A stretch of 61,431 nucleotides of DNA, counting the filler, from Choristocarpus tenellus KU-1152 (lineage: Eukaryota > Protista > Phaeophyceae), in NCBI GenBank assembly GCA_964200185.2. It is 12 parts of 12 records of this genome, joined end to end, with 100 filler letters (N's around TTAATTAATTAA, not from the genome) between each part and the next. Parts side by side here need not be neighbours in the genome. Positions count along the whole stretch, not along the records: positions 38,322 to 42,726 come from CAXNAD020014704.1; positions 42,827 to 45,446 come from CAXNAD020026215.1; positions 45,547 to 55,804 come from CAXNAD020003034.1; 9 more parts are not named here. The stretch is one strand, 5' to 3'. The notes beneath the pieces were generated by a model that saw only the letters and a list, made by a program, of their open reading frames with translations, had not been told where the DNA came from and did not search any database. This document shows positions 40,841 to 54,006 of the stretch, piece by piece. Numbering within the stretch: the first letter of the stretch is position 1; every line of letters begins with the position of its first letter. The translations under genes were made by a program, and so were the position numbers.

Positions 40841-41016
40841 GCTCAAAGTATTTTGGAGAGGGAGGGTCTACACCAGGGTGTCCGTTTGGGACAAATTCAG
40901 GAAAAGTGTATTTACATTATCCATCCGACTTATGCAACCAAATCACCCCAAAAATCGTGACATGAAAAAATTGACCTCGAATGGACAGCCGCCACCCCCC
41001 CCCAGATACTTTGAGC
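40841..41016. mobile_element. MITE family A, intact TIRs
   Basis: GCTCAAAGTAT...ATACTTTGAGC inverted termini, non-coding interior. Matching ends also occur at 13251-13268, 22269-22290 and about 38380-38398. Confidence 0.85.
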
Positions 41017-41049
41017 CCAAATATACTCCAAAATGATGATTTTCAATCT

Positions 41050-41880
41050 ATAAATGAGTAAACGTACTTACTGCAAATCCACAACTAAAGCACAGCATTT
41101 TGTCAACTACTCTGAAGTAAAATCCTCTTTCTTTGACTCCACCTTTACTTTTACCTCTGGAGCCCTTGTTTCACCATCCTCCTCAGCAACCTTGCTCTCT
41201 TCCTCCAGCAGTTAGTACAGGCTCCACTTTGACAGGAATTTCAGCACATGAGCTCAACTCGATTCTACCTCCTCCTGCTCCATGCACTCTGCTTTCAGTA
41301 TTGATACTACTGCTCCAATCTAACCGCAACCATCTTCCTCGCTCTCATTGCATCGCTCCTCTTTGCCTGCCTTGGTCATTGCGAACCCTTGGTCAGGTTC
41401 ATCGTCTGCCTCATGCTCCTCCTTGTTCAGAGTAGAGTGCCTAGTGCAGGGCATTTGCAGTGACAAAATTTGCAATCTCCAGGGCTACCTTGTCAGATCT
41501 CAGCCCCACTTGAGTCAAGAGACCATGAAGTGGTGGGTAGCCAGATGACCTGCCTCACTGACCGCAATGTGGGCACACATGTGCAAGATATATTCCACCT
41601 CGTTTGGATTTTGGGGTTTGTTATGTCGAAGATTCAAACACCATATGAAAGGCCTCTCCCTTTTGACCTAGAGTTGTGCTTGACATTGCTGGCCTTGAAC
41701 TGTCCAACAATGTCTACTTCCAACAATATCCATGGCCTACTCTTCACAAAGAGCACGATTGTGACCACCCCCCACTCTGATTCAACCTGCGGGAGGATAT
41801 CATTCGATCAAGTGGATAACAAATCGTCACGAAGAGTGGGGCATTTTCTATCGAGTGTACCAGTCTTCAGAATGGTATTC
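41050..41880 (-). pseudogene. Decayed coding-like sequence adjacent to repeat family C
   Basis: Long minus-strand reading stretches broken by stops, with an acidic/lysine-rich tail; no family recognised. Confidence 0.25.
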
Positions 41881-41964
41881 TACTACAACACTACTATAAT
41901 ACACATCCATCATGTACATAACATACAAAAAACATACACCAAACAACAATCCACCTCGGCCGGA

Positions 41965-42167
41965 ACTAAACACGGATCTCACCCGTAAACAGCCTCTCGG
42001 CAAAATTGAGGATCGAGCATTTCATGGAGGATGAGTTTGACCCAAAATGGTGCGCGGAAAGTGCCCATAAGGATTTTTTGTAAACGTTGCGGCACTTTTT
42101 AAGGGCCCCTTTTTGAATGGGATGTATTATTGTTCAAAAAGATTTCGGTGCTTGTTGTGGAGGGCAC
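41965..42167. mobile_element. Terminal region of dispersed repeat family C (putative DNA transposon end)
   Basis: The reverse complement of 41965-42056 is at 42827-42910, and the reverse complement of 42090-42167 is at 55905-55980 (GTGCCCTCCACAA...). Confidence 0.65.
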
Positions 42168-43529
42168 CGCTACGATTCGGAAGCGACCTCGACCAAGCCA
42201 AAGGTGTAAGGATAGAGGGGCCCCCCTGGGGGGAGCCGGTAACGGTTGTGGTATGCTTGTATTATGTATGGTAAACTACGTATTTTATTATAAATAATAC
42301 GTACATACGTCTTGCAGTAGTTAAAAATATTTTTGAAAGGGTGATGTGGTTTGTACAAGAAAGGGATAGATAGGTCACATCCACCAAAAAACTAACAAAG
42401 TCGACAAAGAAGAACAAACACATGTTTCATACTATACATACATGAAAAACTTGTACTTCGTGTATATTTTTAGCTTTTAAAATGGCTGTTATTATCGTGT
42501 AATTCTGTCACGCTTAGTAAGCAAGGTTAGCTACAAAGGAGTTACTATGTTGAGCCGATCTAGTTATCATCTTTCATGTTGGAGGCGGTACATATGTACG
42601 TAGCGTCTTCATACCAGAGGCGGCGTCAAAATACACTTTGACATTATTTTTGGTAATGAAAGAAAGTATGTATATAATGAACAGGACACAACAGACAACA
42701 GTGAGAGTTTCTCGTTCGCCGGCACGNNNNNNNNNNNNNNNNNNNNNNNNNNNNNNNNNNNNNNNNNNNNTTAATTAATTAANNNNNNNNNNNNNNNNNN
42801 NNNNNNNNNNNNNNNNNNNNNNNNNNCGCGCACCATTTTGGGTCAAACCTATCCTCCATAGTATGCTCCATCCTCAATTTTGGTGAGAGGCTGTTACCTG
42901 TCCGTGTAGTTTGTGATGGAGTACATAGTGGTATGTATCTACTATATATTATCCCATCATCTCATCTATGTGCACACCACCTGCCCTTTTCTATTCAGTC
43001 GGAATCTCCCTTCTGCTAACTTACAGGCGACCGCTGGCAACCTTCATGGGCAACTTGTATTCTACGTAGTAATAATATGTGACCCACAAAGGTCTACTTG
43101 CCTGGTTGAAGACAGTTAATGGAACGATTAGTTGCAGGTGAGACAGTTGTTTGGAGTAGTATTATTTTTCATCATTAATCAACTTGGTGATGATATGAAG
43201 TACATAAAAGCATTTCGACCAATTGCAGTTAAGCCAGTTGTAGTGCAATGGATTACTAACAACAAACACTCCGAGAAGTAGTACCATTTTTTTACCTCAT
43301 CCATGAGTAGCCCCATTAATGTTCTTACTGTCAAATATGTCCCTGGGCAATAAGGGTAACTCTCAGTTACTAGAGATCAAATGAAGACAAGCTAGTCAAA
43401 TCACACCTGTTTTGTTGGGGCAAGAACCAATGAAGTGAAGAATGGACATGCACTACATGGCTTGCCTTCCGCCCCCCTTTCACACATTACTGCATTGGCT
43501 TTGCTCAACTAACTCCACATACACACACA

Positions 43530-43791
43530 GAGTCAAAGTATCTTAGAGGGTAGAGTCGCGTCCATTTGGGGGGCCAAAATCCAATGTTTCGATTTCGATA
43601 TAAATTTGGCCATCGTGTTTGTTAGGAAGTGTCAATATCCTTGTTCCGATCACACCATTTCATAACGAATACGGAGTACATTTAACCTACTCCGAGATAT
43701 TTTGGAGTAGAAAAATGTAATAAAACCACCGAAAGAAACCAAGCCCCAAATGGACAAACAGGGAAAAACTCGTACCCTCTAAGATACTTTC
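43530..43791. mobile_element. MITE family B (about 260 bp)
   Basis: 18-bp perfect TIR AAAGTATCTTAGAGGGTA / TACCCTCTAAGATACTTT, flanked by (CA)n. Confidence 0.88.
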
Positions 43792-44737
43792 ACACACACA
43801 CACAGGTACCAAGTACTTCCCGTTGCAACCATGCACATTCTACGTGACCTTGCACACAGTATCTGTCTGCCTGACTGCCAGCCCAGGGGGCACACCACTG
43901 ACTAAATGTAAAGATGACTAATATAGCTGCTACATTAGATGTTCTCACACACTGGTTGGATCAAATAGAAAAGCTCGAAAGACCATGCACAGTTCATTCT
44001 CACACATCACACTGGAGACCATTTGTAAACATGAATCGATTAATGCTTCACTTAGATAATTTCTTAGATAATTTCTTCACATTACAAAAACTCTAAAATA
44101 AACTTCCCTTCCACTGATTTTGCAGCAACTGCAGTTATTGTATTAGGCTTACATAATACACGCCTTCCAGCACATACACATGAGCAGTCCCAAAAATAGG
44201 TTGCTGTGCAACACAGTACAGACCATACAATAGACCACATGAACAAATGTGCACATAGATAATACACAAGAAAACAATAGAAACAAAGAAGTTGACAAAT
44301 CCTACCTCAGCTCTCTGTGCGTGTTGGGGATGATGATTCAAACCGCATGCTTTCCACAGCCCTCACCCGGTTTGAAACACACACACACACACACACACAT
44401 ACACAAAAGAAACACCCTCCCCTTTCCACACATCCTGCAGGCGTTTCGACACCACCATAGAATGAGACTACTACTGCAGCAACAACAATTAACAACAACT
44501 TGACATCACAGTTTTCACCCTTCATACATACACATCTATCCTCAACTTTTGAAGCACTTTGAATCTGCTTCTGTGTAAACACAGCCTAAAATACGATATG
44601 CACCCCCCACCTCAACCTACCTTACCCGCCCCCCCCTCCCCCCCCCCCCCGCCCTCACCCCTTCCNNNNNNNNNNTTTTGGTGGGAGCTCGTGTCAGAGG
44701 GTCTGTCTTCCGGTCCCCCCCCCCTCCAGCATCCTTT

Positions 44738-44769
<32 letters not shown>

Positions 44770-46664
44770 CTTTCTTTCTTTCTACACAAAAAAGAAGCTA
44801 TTTATATTGTTGTCTTATGTTTCAACCCTAACGCCTTCCTTCACGACACTTTCTTTCAAATTCTGCTTCCATTCCTCATCCTGCCGCTCTCGAGCTTGCC
44901 CAGACTCCAAAGCTTCAGGGGCATCAAAGCCCTCTTGAGGAGCAACTCTAGGACTATGCACTCGATTACTTGTAGCTCGAACCAGTTCCCCCACAGAGAT
45001 GTCATGTGACTCCGTTTGACTGCGAGGATGGTCTCGAAACACTTGCTCCTGGGTAGAAGTAGCAAAGGCGCAGCCGTGTTCAGCATCCACATACGGAAAC
45101 CAACGAACAGGTTATAAGTTCAGCCAGTAAATCACCTCATCAAAGGGCAATCTGTTGGAAAATAAGATGCGGACGGAGGACAGGCTACTTGCTTGTGCAA
45201 CCCTGAGGGGGATTTTTCTGACCGAAAAGTTACAGTACTCTTGTAACTGTCATACTGTTGACAGACTACTACTCTTGTACTGGTGCTTTATTTACTCACA
45301 CAAGCCTTACCTTACACACCCACATTGTTCACCAAAGGGTGGTGATATCACGGCAGTGACATTATTTATAACCATGCCTGAGGCAGGCCCCAATGCCATC
45401 GCAACCACTACTACAAACCCTTCCCTCCCTCCCTCCCTCCCCCCCCNNNNNNNNNNNNNNNNNNNNNNNNNNNNNNNNNNNNNNNNNNNNTTAATTAATT
45501 AANNNNNNNNNNNNNNNNNNNNNNNNNNNNNNNNNNNNNNNNNNNNGTGAGTTGTGGTCCGTGTTGTGGAACGTGAGAGCTGTTGGGGTACCCATGTCAT
45601 CGTTGGCGCTCCCTTAGAGCAATCTTGTTACTTTTTGTGTACTGTGGATGTCGTGCATACCTCTGCGCCTTACACTGATGATGTCTTCCTGTTGTTACAT
45701 ACTTCATTTTGTAAAATCTTCTTGCTATGCAAGTGTTGGGTTAGATGAAGCACTGTTATGGTGTGATGAATTGTGAAGGTAAAGTATGATAGGACTCGGT
45801 GAGAAGGGTATGCAATGGGTGGGGCCTCAGCCCACAAAGGCCTGCAGAGTTACGAGTGGATCTGGCCAAATTACAATATATCTAGTTGAGTCAACTGAAT
45901 CACAGATTTCGTAGATGTAATCCTGGGTCAACCGATCAATTGGTAGTAGTAATAATTAAGGGTCAAATCTACGCCATGTTGTTGACTGTACGAGATCCAA
46001 TATATTTTTAGTCTTGATTCCTGGAGGTGAAAGGGAGGATGATGTCAAAGACCATCCTACATTAATGTACCTAGTACACAGAAACACAATTTGAAAAGTG
46101 CTTGGAGAGTGTATGGCAGTGTGTTCAGAGGTGGTTGTTTCCAGGAGATGGATTTCCAAGCGTTGAACACTTGATTTAGGTGTGAAGCTTCTGGATTATA
46201 GGGAAGTACAGTAGTAGGAGAAATGTTAACCCTTTGTTACTATTTTTTTTGTTTGTGTAGTTTTGGAACTATTGGAATACTGTATTATTTTCATTACTAT
46301 TTCCATGATTATCTCTATTGTTTATTGTTGTTACTATTATTGTTACTATGGGCTTGTGGTGTTGTGAGGCAAAGGAAAAGAGAGGTAGTTCGTTATATTT
46401 TGCTTTTGGCATGGATTATTTAGAAACCCCTCTCTCAAGTAGTGAAAACAAATACATGTTTGCTCGATATTAGAGAGAAGTGGGAGTAAAAAGCCGAAAC
46501 CTCTTTGATACCCTGAAAAGTCGTGACAAAGCAATTTACCTTCTCTTATATCCCCTTTTCTCTAATATCGACCTCTCTTATATAGGTACACCGACTGCTG
46601 TACTGCCATAATTCTAACCGTAACCCTAACTCTAATACACCAATTTCAATAAAGATGATAATTG

Positions 46665-46930
46665 TCTCGGTAACTACGCAAGTGGCACTCTCTAGACCTG
46701 TCATGCGTTTTAAGCTAGAGTCACCAGGGAGATGGGCATGGACAGGTTTATTGGATTCTTGGGATGCCTCCCTAGCTCCTCCCCTTGGGGTGCAGGAGTA
46801 GGTAGATTGGAGGCACAGGAAGGCAGTAGTACAACATTGATAGTGGTGAAGTAACATATCATTGTTTTTCGCATTAATGATATTTTGTTTCTCTTGGGCT
46901 TATACTGACATGTGTAGTTTTCATTTGTTT
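46665..46930 (+). mobile_element. Family S copy, 5' part, interrupted by the YR retrotransposon; 3' part resumes at 51421-51460
   Basis: Colinear with the uninterrupted copy at 58545-58855 up to ...TTTTCATTTGTTT; CCCCCCTGACACATCTCCAAAATGTCAGAGGGCATAATAA resumes at 51421. Confidence 0.85.
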
Positions 46931-47084
46931 TACACATGAATTCTGGATTATTTTTATTAGCTTATTCCTTGTTTGCCAATCCCCTATTCTCCATTCCTTT
47001 CCTTTCCCATGTATTCCTTCCTCTGACCAGTCCCTTGCGACCCCTTTGCAGCTGGTTTCCTATTTACTCCTCCATGAGGTGACC

Positions 47085-47355
47085 AACTGGTGCAACCCAT
47101 TCGCCCCTGATTTCCAGTCACCCCCCACCTCTGATAACCAGCCAGTGCGAATGCCCTTCGTCACTGATTTCCAGTCACCCTCTCCATTTGATGACCAACC
47201 AGTGCAAATGCCCTTCGTCACTGATTTCCAGCCATCCCCCACATTTGATGACCAAACAGTGCGAATGCCCTTCATCACTGATTTCCAGTCATCCCCCACA
47301 TTTGATGACCAGTGCGACCCTTTCATTGATTTCCAGTCACCCCCCTCACCTTTCA
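47085..47355. repeat. About 57-bp tandem repeat x4-5 in the 3' region of the YR element
   Basis: CTGATTTCCAGTCACCCCCCAC..TGATGACCAACCAGTGCGAATGCCCTTCGTCA units. Confidence 0.9.
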
Positions 47356-47486
47356 ACCCCATACAAGTTACCACTGCCCTCAACCCCACAGTAGTTCCCA
47401 CTCCACGCACCCCACACCACTCCACAATCATCCAAGAACACCCCTACATGATCCACTTCAAACCGTGCCTTTGAGCTAGAAGACAT

Positions 47487-48600
47487 CTACCCCACCCGAA
47501 CTTGACCTCCCCTCCCCTTCGGGGTTGATTTCTTTCTAGCCCATTCCCTTACATCCTGCCCTGGTTGGACCCAATCTTTCCTACTCTCTGCCAAGCCCTT
47601 TGACACCAACACTGGGTCCCTCTGGTTATCCCTTACATATACCATAAGAAGCCCTCGACATCCATCTTCTCTCCTCTGTATTACCAATTCTGATACCCCC
47701 ATGTTCGCCAATCTCGTGGCTCCCCCTATCCTACCCGAATGCAAGGCATACTCTTCTGGTCTTAACTTAAGTTCCTTTACCATTCTCCTCAAAACACATG
47801 TCGCTTGGCCCCTCGTGATCACCCTCCATCCCCCTTCTTGCCTACATGTTATCAATGGGGCGTCTGGGGGAAGTTCTGGGAAACATTCCATAATAGCCAT
47901 TAACACCTCCCAACCTCCCATACTTTCTTCCCCTTGTCCTCTACCTTAAACCTTGTCAACACTGCTTGCTCCCTTCCTACCCTGATCCCCTTTAGAGCCT
48001 GCAAATATTACCTCTACTTTCTCTGCCTGGTGTCTATCCTCGCGACTTAATCTTTCTACTCCCCTCCTCCAGACTACGTCGCTCCTTCTTACTGCAATAT
48101 CTCCATGTACTCCCCCCCCTTCATCTTAGGCCCACAATTCTGAAGCTCTGGCTAAAAAGAACGAGACACCCAAGCCCAGCCTTGTCAATTTACCTTCCCT
48201 ACCTAGCATTTCAGTGCATTGCTTTGGCTCTACAATCATTCTCCTTGTCAAGGGTGTCCTCCTACTGGGCTCGATCCCTACTTTTGTGTGGCTCCTCGCT
48301 ATTTATTTGAGTACCGATTGGATCATGAAATGTTGTGTGGGGAGTTGGAAGTTGAGGAATTGTTTGTGGTAGTATTGGATTGCTGCTATCTTACCCTTGA
48401 CCGTGTTTACTTGGTTCCCCCTACTCCTGCAACAAAAATACATTAACTCTGCTAGGGCCTTACTACATCTATCTCTCGGTTCCTAGGGTCTAAACACCTA
48501 CTCAATCCTCTATGTGTACGGAACTCAGACCATTGGTCCCAAGCTGCCTAATAACACTTCTGAGTAGATGGCACAACCGATCCTCTGGCGTACAATGCTG
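47487..48600 (-). pseudogene. Tyrosine recombinase of the retroelement (stops/frameshifts)
   Basis: SFFLARASEL (catalytic Arg), EYALHSGRIGGATRLA (HxxR) and MVYVR (nucleophile Tyr); the GRW motif is frameshifted. Confidence 0.88.
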
Positions 48601-48699
48601 CAAGGCACTCAAACACACCATCTTCCCTTCCCGACCCAGGGGCTGTTCCTGTCAATCAATACAAGAGCAAACATGCTGGAGGTTAGATTGAATCTCATC

Positions 48700-50772
48700 C
48701 CTCTTCCACCTCGATATACCATCTTCTAGGTCATTCTGATTGCCGGCAACGTGTTCCGCTTCAAATGACCATTCCCCTGCTATCTTCAACATCCCCATTA
48801 TTCTCATCAATCCCCCACCCTCCTATCCTTTGCCCCCCCACACTTACGGACCCAATACACTGTAGAGTAGTTGTCCCCTCTAAGCAACACTGGATCTCCC
48901 TTCTTGTCTTCCTTCCCCTTCACCTTCATGACCAGTATCCATGCATTCATCACCATTCCTAGTAACTCTAAGACATTGATTGATATACTCCCTTCTTCTT
49001 CAATCACACTACGTGTAATATCATTCTTCCAATGTTCTGGAAAATCATACCTCCACCGCTTACTCGTCTCTACATTGTACCCTCCTACTGCCGAAAAACA
49101 GGCATCTGAATACCATGTCGTCCTTGGGGGCCTTGACAAAAAACCCAAGAAGGGGGAACTCAAGTTTTCTCCCTCCTCTGCCAGACCATGTTCTACCACC
49201 CACCTCCACCGATACAAGTCCTTCTTAAACTCTATCCCTATCCTAATCTCCTTATCTCCTTTAGAACCTTCCCTCTGTTCGGCCTGCCCCCCCCAACTCG
49301 CTATCCTTCTCAACCAAACCCCCTTCTGGTGCAGCCCCGACAGTTGTACCAGCCGCCAAAGAAAAAATCTCCCGGGTAGTCTGCCCAACAGCATCCATAC
49401 CTCCCTCACCCAGGCTACCGACTTCGACTCTGGCCACTCTGCTAACAACGACTTCAGCCCCTTCAGCTTTCCATCTGGTAAGGCGATGGTCATCTTTTCT
49501 GTGTCTATCCTCCATCCTACCACTACCTGTGTAGAATGCCAGCCTTTCATTTTTTTTGCTGACAAAATGGGGGGCTCATCTATGTCTCTCTGGCCTAGCA
49601 AACGTACGTGATCGGAGACGAAGGAATTTGTTGCCAACTTCAGTCTCCGCCCATCTTCAAACCATTGGGGCTCTACCAATATGCTATCATCTACATACAT
49701 TCTTGCAAAAAAAGGGTCCTCTACCCCCCCCCCCTCTACCTCCTGCACATTCCATGTCTCATCTATGGCACTGACCTCCCTCCTACCCTTCTGCTGTGAG
49801 TGATCTACACCTACAGCAATCCTTTCTGCTTCTTTGAGAACTACTGCTGACCTGGGATCTGTATGACAGAGTGAAAATTCTAGGGCACTTGCCAATAAAT
49901 CCCACCACCCAGGGCTATTCCTCCAACCAAAATTGGAGTCCCAAGTCAATCGCCAACAAATCTCCCACACAATATCCAAACTTTGCTGCCCCTTGTGGTT
50001 CTACTGGTACTTGGCGAAAAGCATCTTTAACGTCCATCTTACTAATCATGATTCTCGCCTTAGGGAACTTTTTCCTTAATCCTACAATCCTCCTAATCAC
50101 GTCTCCCAGAACTGTCCTACAATGTACCGGGGGGGCATCTGCCAACTCTGTTTCCTCATTCACTCTCGGCCCCCAACTCTCTTGCTGACACGACAAATCA
50201 TGAATGATCCTTACCTTCGTAGGTTCTTGGATTACTTCATCTGGGGACACCTACAATCCTGGAATCTTTCCCCATATCCTTTTTGGAAACACCAATGCTC
50301 TACCCTGAGTCACGTCACTCACTACCTTTTCTAGGAGGGCCTTACTTGTGCTTCTTGCACTCTTGTTGTTTCCATACTCTAGTCTCTCCTCAACTCTGCT
50401 TGTTCCTCCTACGCATACTGGTACTCCCCTTTCTACCACCTGTTGGAGTTTGTCTTTCTGTGGGAATCCAACCTTTTTCCCAAAATGGTCATCAATCTTC
50501 CCCCAGTTCAACCGCTTGGGACTCCACCTTTCCCCCAACCTATCCACTAGTGTTCCCAAATTCCCCCCACGCCCTCCCAGTAATGCTTCCCCCTTCTTAG
50601 CCAGGTCATTCAGTCCCTTCACTAAAAACACCCAATCCTTTTCTCCTTTCCACTTCTCCCATGCCCTCAACCAATCTTCAAATTCATCACTCTTTCCCCC
50701 TTCCCCTGCCCCTCTACCTTTGATTGTCCGGCGTATCGACCCTGGTGTTGGAACCCCTGACGTCCCCTGCAT
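48700..50772 (-). pseudogene. Reverse transcriptase-RNase H of the retroelement (disrupted)
   Basis: RT motifs KVRIIHDLS, KMDVKDAFRQVPV, LQF/GWRNSPGWW (frameshift), MYVDDSILV and GWRIDT. RNase H motifs WYSDACFSAVGGY, SINVLELLGM and LRGDN. In-frame stop at about 50251. Confidence 0.92.
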
Positions 50773-53700
50773 GTGTTGTGGTAGTACTGACGTCCATTGG
50801 TCTTGTCCTGCCGGCCAAGGGGTTGACTTGGGTCTCGTTCACTCCTGTTCTCTTCTTCTTCTTCTTCTTCTTCCCCCACTCCTTTCCTCTCCCCTTACCC
50901 CATTGCTAAGAATCTCATCTCTTGTTGCGCCTTCTCGATCTCTGATTGCATCCTATGCACCGCAATTGTTCCCATCTCTTCTTCATTTTTTTTCATCCTT
51001 TTTCTTCTGCCCAACCTTCCATCGTTTTTCTCTCTTCTTTCCTCCCTTCCTTCCCATCGTTTCCCACAACTTTCTCCCACGTTGTATTGTTCCTTCCGTT
51101 CTCATTCTCTCTCCTTTCCGCTATACTTTGGTTAGGAGAGCTTGCTCGGAGGTTGTCTTGGTCTCACCCTCCTCGTCCTGTACCCCTGGTTCTCAGCCCT
51201 CTAATTAAATACTGGACACTCCTTCCCCTTCCCTCTTCATACCACTCATTTCTTTTAACCTTTTCCCCCTTCTTCTCTTGGCGGGTCATTCCTTAACTAT
51301 TCGTTCTTTTCCTAGTTCCTTCTTTTTGTTTCCACTACCTTTCCTTATCCTGTGCCCCCAGCCAACCAGAATTCCTCCGCCCACAAAACTCAGATTACTC
51401 CATAAACTTTCAATTTGTTTCCCCCCTGACACATCTCCAAAATGTCAGAGGGCATAATAATATTAATTTAAGATAATACATTTTTTTTTAACAGTTTTCA
51501 CAAGGAGTACAGTGGGGTATCTCTGTGGTTACGGTGACGACTGGGGCATTACACAATGAAACACACCAAAGTAATAATACTCTAAATAGGAAACGCAAAG
51601 TTGCGAAGGCGGAAGAAGGTGTAGTATCACTTCCAATATATTTATAGGAACTTTAACAAACTTTTTTTGTAGTGGTTACGGTGAACGAGTCTTAGTTTGT
51701 ATCGACTTTACATTTCTAGACCGAATGAGGATGCACACATTAGCCCCAAAGCATCTAGACCTGGTCCCGAATTGAGTCGCAGTGTCTCGAGCATGCAGGT
51801 AATGGGTGTAGGACGGTATGTACGATACAGAGTTAGATCTCTCAGTTACAGCCCTCGAACCGTCACTGCACACCACATCGATTGCATCCAAGAGAACTCG
51901 ATGAATGTGTCTGCTGTATAGTGTAAGCAGTTTGATCTACTGCATGCGCCAATGACAACAAATTGGTAAGGGGTAGAATGGGTGCCTTGCGCTCTACCAA
52001 TGCAGAAGAATAATACAAACAAGAGCAACAGGACGTGATAAGTTTATGATACAAACGAAGCAATAAGCAAAACTTGTCACGGATATGATGTTTTCTTGTC
52101 CTTCTCCCAATACCTGCTTTGCAAGTTGTCACAGCAAGATCTTCTGTTGACACTGATTTTTTTGCCTGTTATTCAATTGATGACAAGTGAAACAATGGCA
52201 CTGGAGTATGTTCCAGTATCCTTGATTCCTGGAACACACTGGTTCTCCCACCCACAAAAACGAAGAAGGAAACACAAGACAAAACTGAACCTCTTCTCTA
52301 CTGCAGTAACTGCCAGACATACAGTACCATCAATACCTTACAACAACAATTCACCCCCTCCTCACGTGCAAAGACACCCTAACCCTAACCCAAGGCAAAC
52401 CACTGGTCAACCAAACACAGAAGCTCCCCATGGTGGGGATGTGCGCCAACATGCTGGTCCCTGACACCGCAACAACTTCCCATCTTGCGTCCTCATCACA
52501 GGAGAAGATCGCTCGCCTTATCCTGACTCATATTATCCTGTTCCTATTTATTGCTTCTATCCAATCTCGACAGGCTACGCTCAGTGAGAATGCCACATGC
52601 AGAAAGGGGGCACAGCCCAAACACGCCCTGTCTGCATCCTACCGCTTCCTCCCGAAAGTTCTTCTCACGGACTGGGCTTGTTGTGAGGAAGTGAATACGG
52701 ACAAAGCACTACACTAACTACTACTACTACAGCCAATTGATACCTCTGTGTTTTGAAGACAACTAATTTACAGAAAAGATGTCAGCAAAAAGAGTCGAAC
52801 GGGAAACTGTTTCCCACTACGTTAACCACAGCACACCTCAGAAGCATCAGCGCCAATGCTCCTTACTTCTCTAACAACGAAAAAAAAGTATTCTCACTGG
52901 AACACACTTCAGGCCTATAATGGACAAGTAGTGCCAACGAGAAAGACGCCTCCCCTTGTTCCTCCGTCGACACGTAAATTCACAACATATTGTACGAATT
53001 TTCCCGGAAAGGTCTCGGCTCCGTCCAAAAGAAACCCAACAACAAAAACTATCCTACTTCAAAAAATAATCCCCCCACCCCCCCCTCCTGCCTAGAAAAT
53101 ATAAGCCTTGAGAGGATCATCATTGTCAGCCCTTTGTGTCTCTCTGTTGCTCTCCTTGAGTTCACTCCTCTTCATCCCAGCAGAACCCTCTTTTCTTAGA
53201 CCTCACTATCTGAACATTCTCATACTAGATCTCTCACCCAAGTTTTCTGTCTCTGCCTAATCGTGCAGCACCAACATTTTGTTCCTTACCATCTTACCCT
53301 CGCACTCTACATTCACAGACACATACTACATACTACGGCAGAATCAATCCATAACGCACATCAGCATGTGCACAAGTACATATGTGTACAACTAACTCCC
53401 TTCCTACCCATAAGATTGGCCTTAAAATGGGACACCTCCACCTACAACAGACCACCTCTGCCCAGCCTCACCAGCAAGCTCTGAGACTGTAGCGATGGGA
53501 TGAGAAGTGGAGCTCAAAAACGGTTTTTACTTTTCCACAGAGATGTAACGTGAGGTTTTCATAGTCTTCAACTTAGACCGTGTCAGGGAGGGATCCAAAC
53601 GTGACACGGGCTCCTCTTGCACTCAGCTGATGTAGAAAAACGCGAGGAGATTCGGTTTGCAGCCCAGTTAGACAGGTGGGCGTTGAAGTACATTGGTTGT

Positions 53701-54006
53701 TGTGTGGACGTTGGGTTTGAAGAAGTTGTGTAGCATTGTTTTGTTGATGAAGGGGAGGGGATAGCGTCAGCATAGAATATCAACACCACTGGACTCTGTC
53801 TCTAAAGTGCACGTATTGTCAATATTGTGTGGCAAATTGGACCTGATCAGTCAGGCCGTAAAAGAAAATGTCTTCTAAGTTTAAGGCAGCTTGGTTGGAA
53901 GAGAGTGGGTTAGAGCCTTGCCAAATAACACCCCATCACAAGCGGCGCACCGAAGAATAACATAGGGTTAGGGTTAGGGTTAGGGTTATGGTAGCAAATG
54001 ACTGAG

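Larger units (their letters stand above)
46931..51420 (-). mobile_element. Tyrosine-recombinase retrotransposon (DIRS/Ngaro-type), about 4.5 kb, decayed
   Basis: Order on the minus strand: basic 5' region, RT, RNase H, YR, 3' tandem repeats. Boundaries are defined by the interrupted family S copy. Confidence 0.9.

Noticed and set aside
44815-45092. Possible exon on the minus strand
   Set aside because: Two competing frames, no recognisable motif and no partner exon
47046-47474. 142-aa and 123-aa repetitive ORFs / CRISPR-like array
   Set aside because: Translations of a tandem minisatellite without unique spacers
48871-51208. Long plus-strand ORFs (246 aa, 286 aa)
   Set aside because: Antisense shadows of the purine-rich retroelement genes
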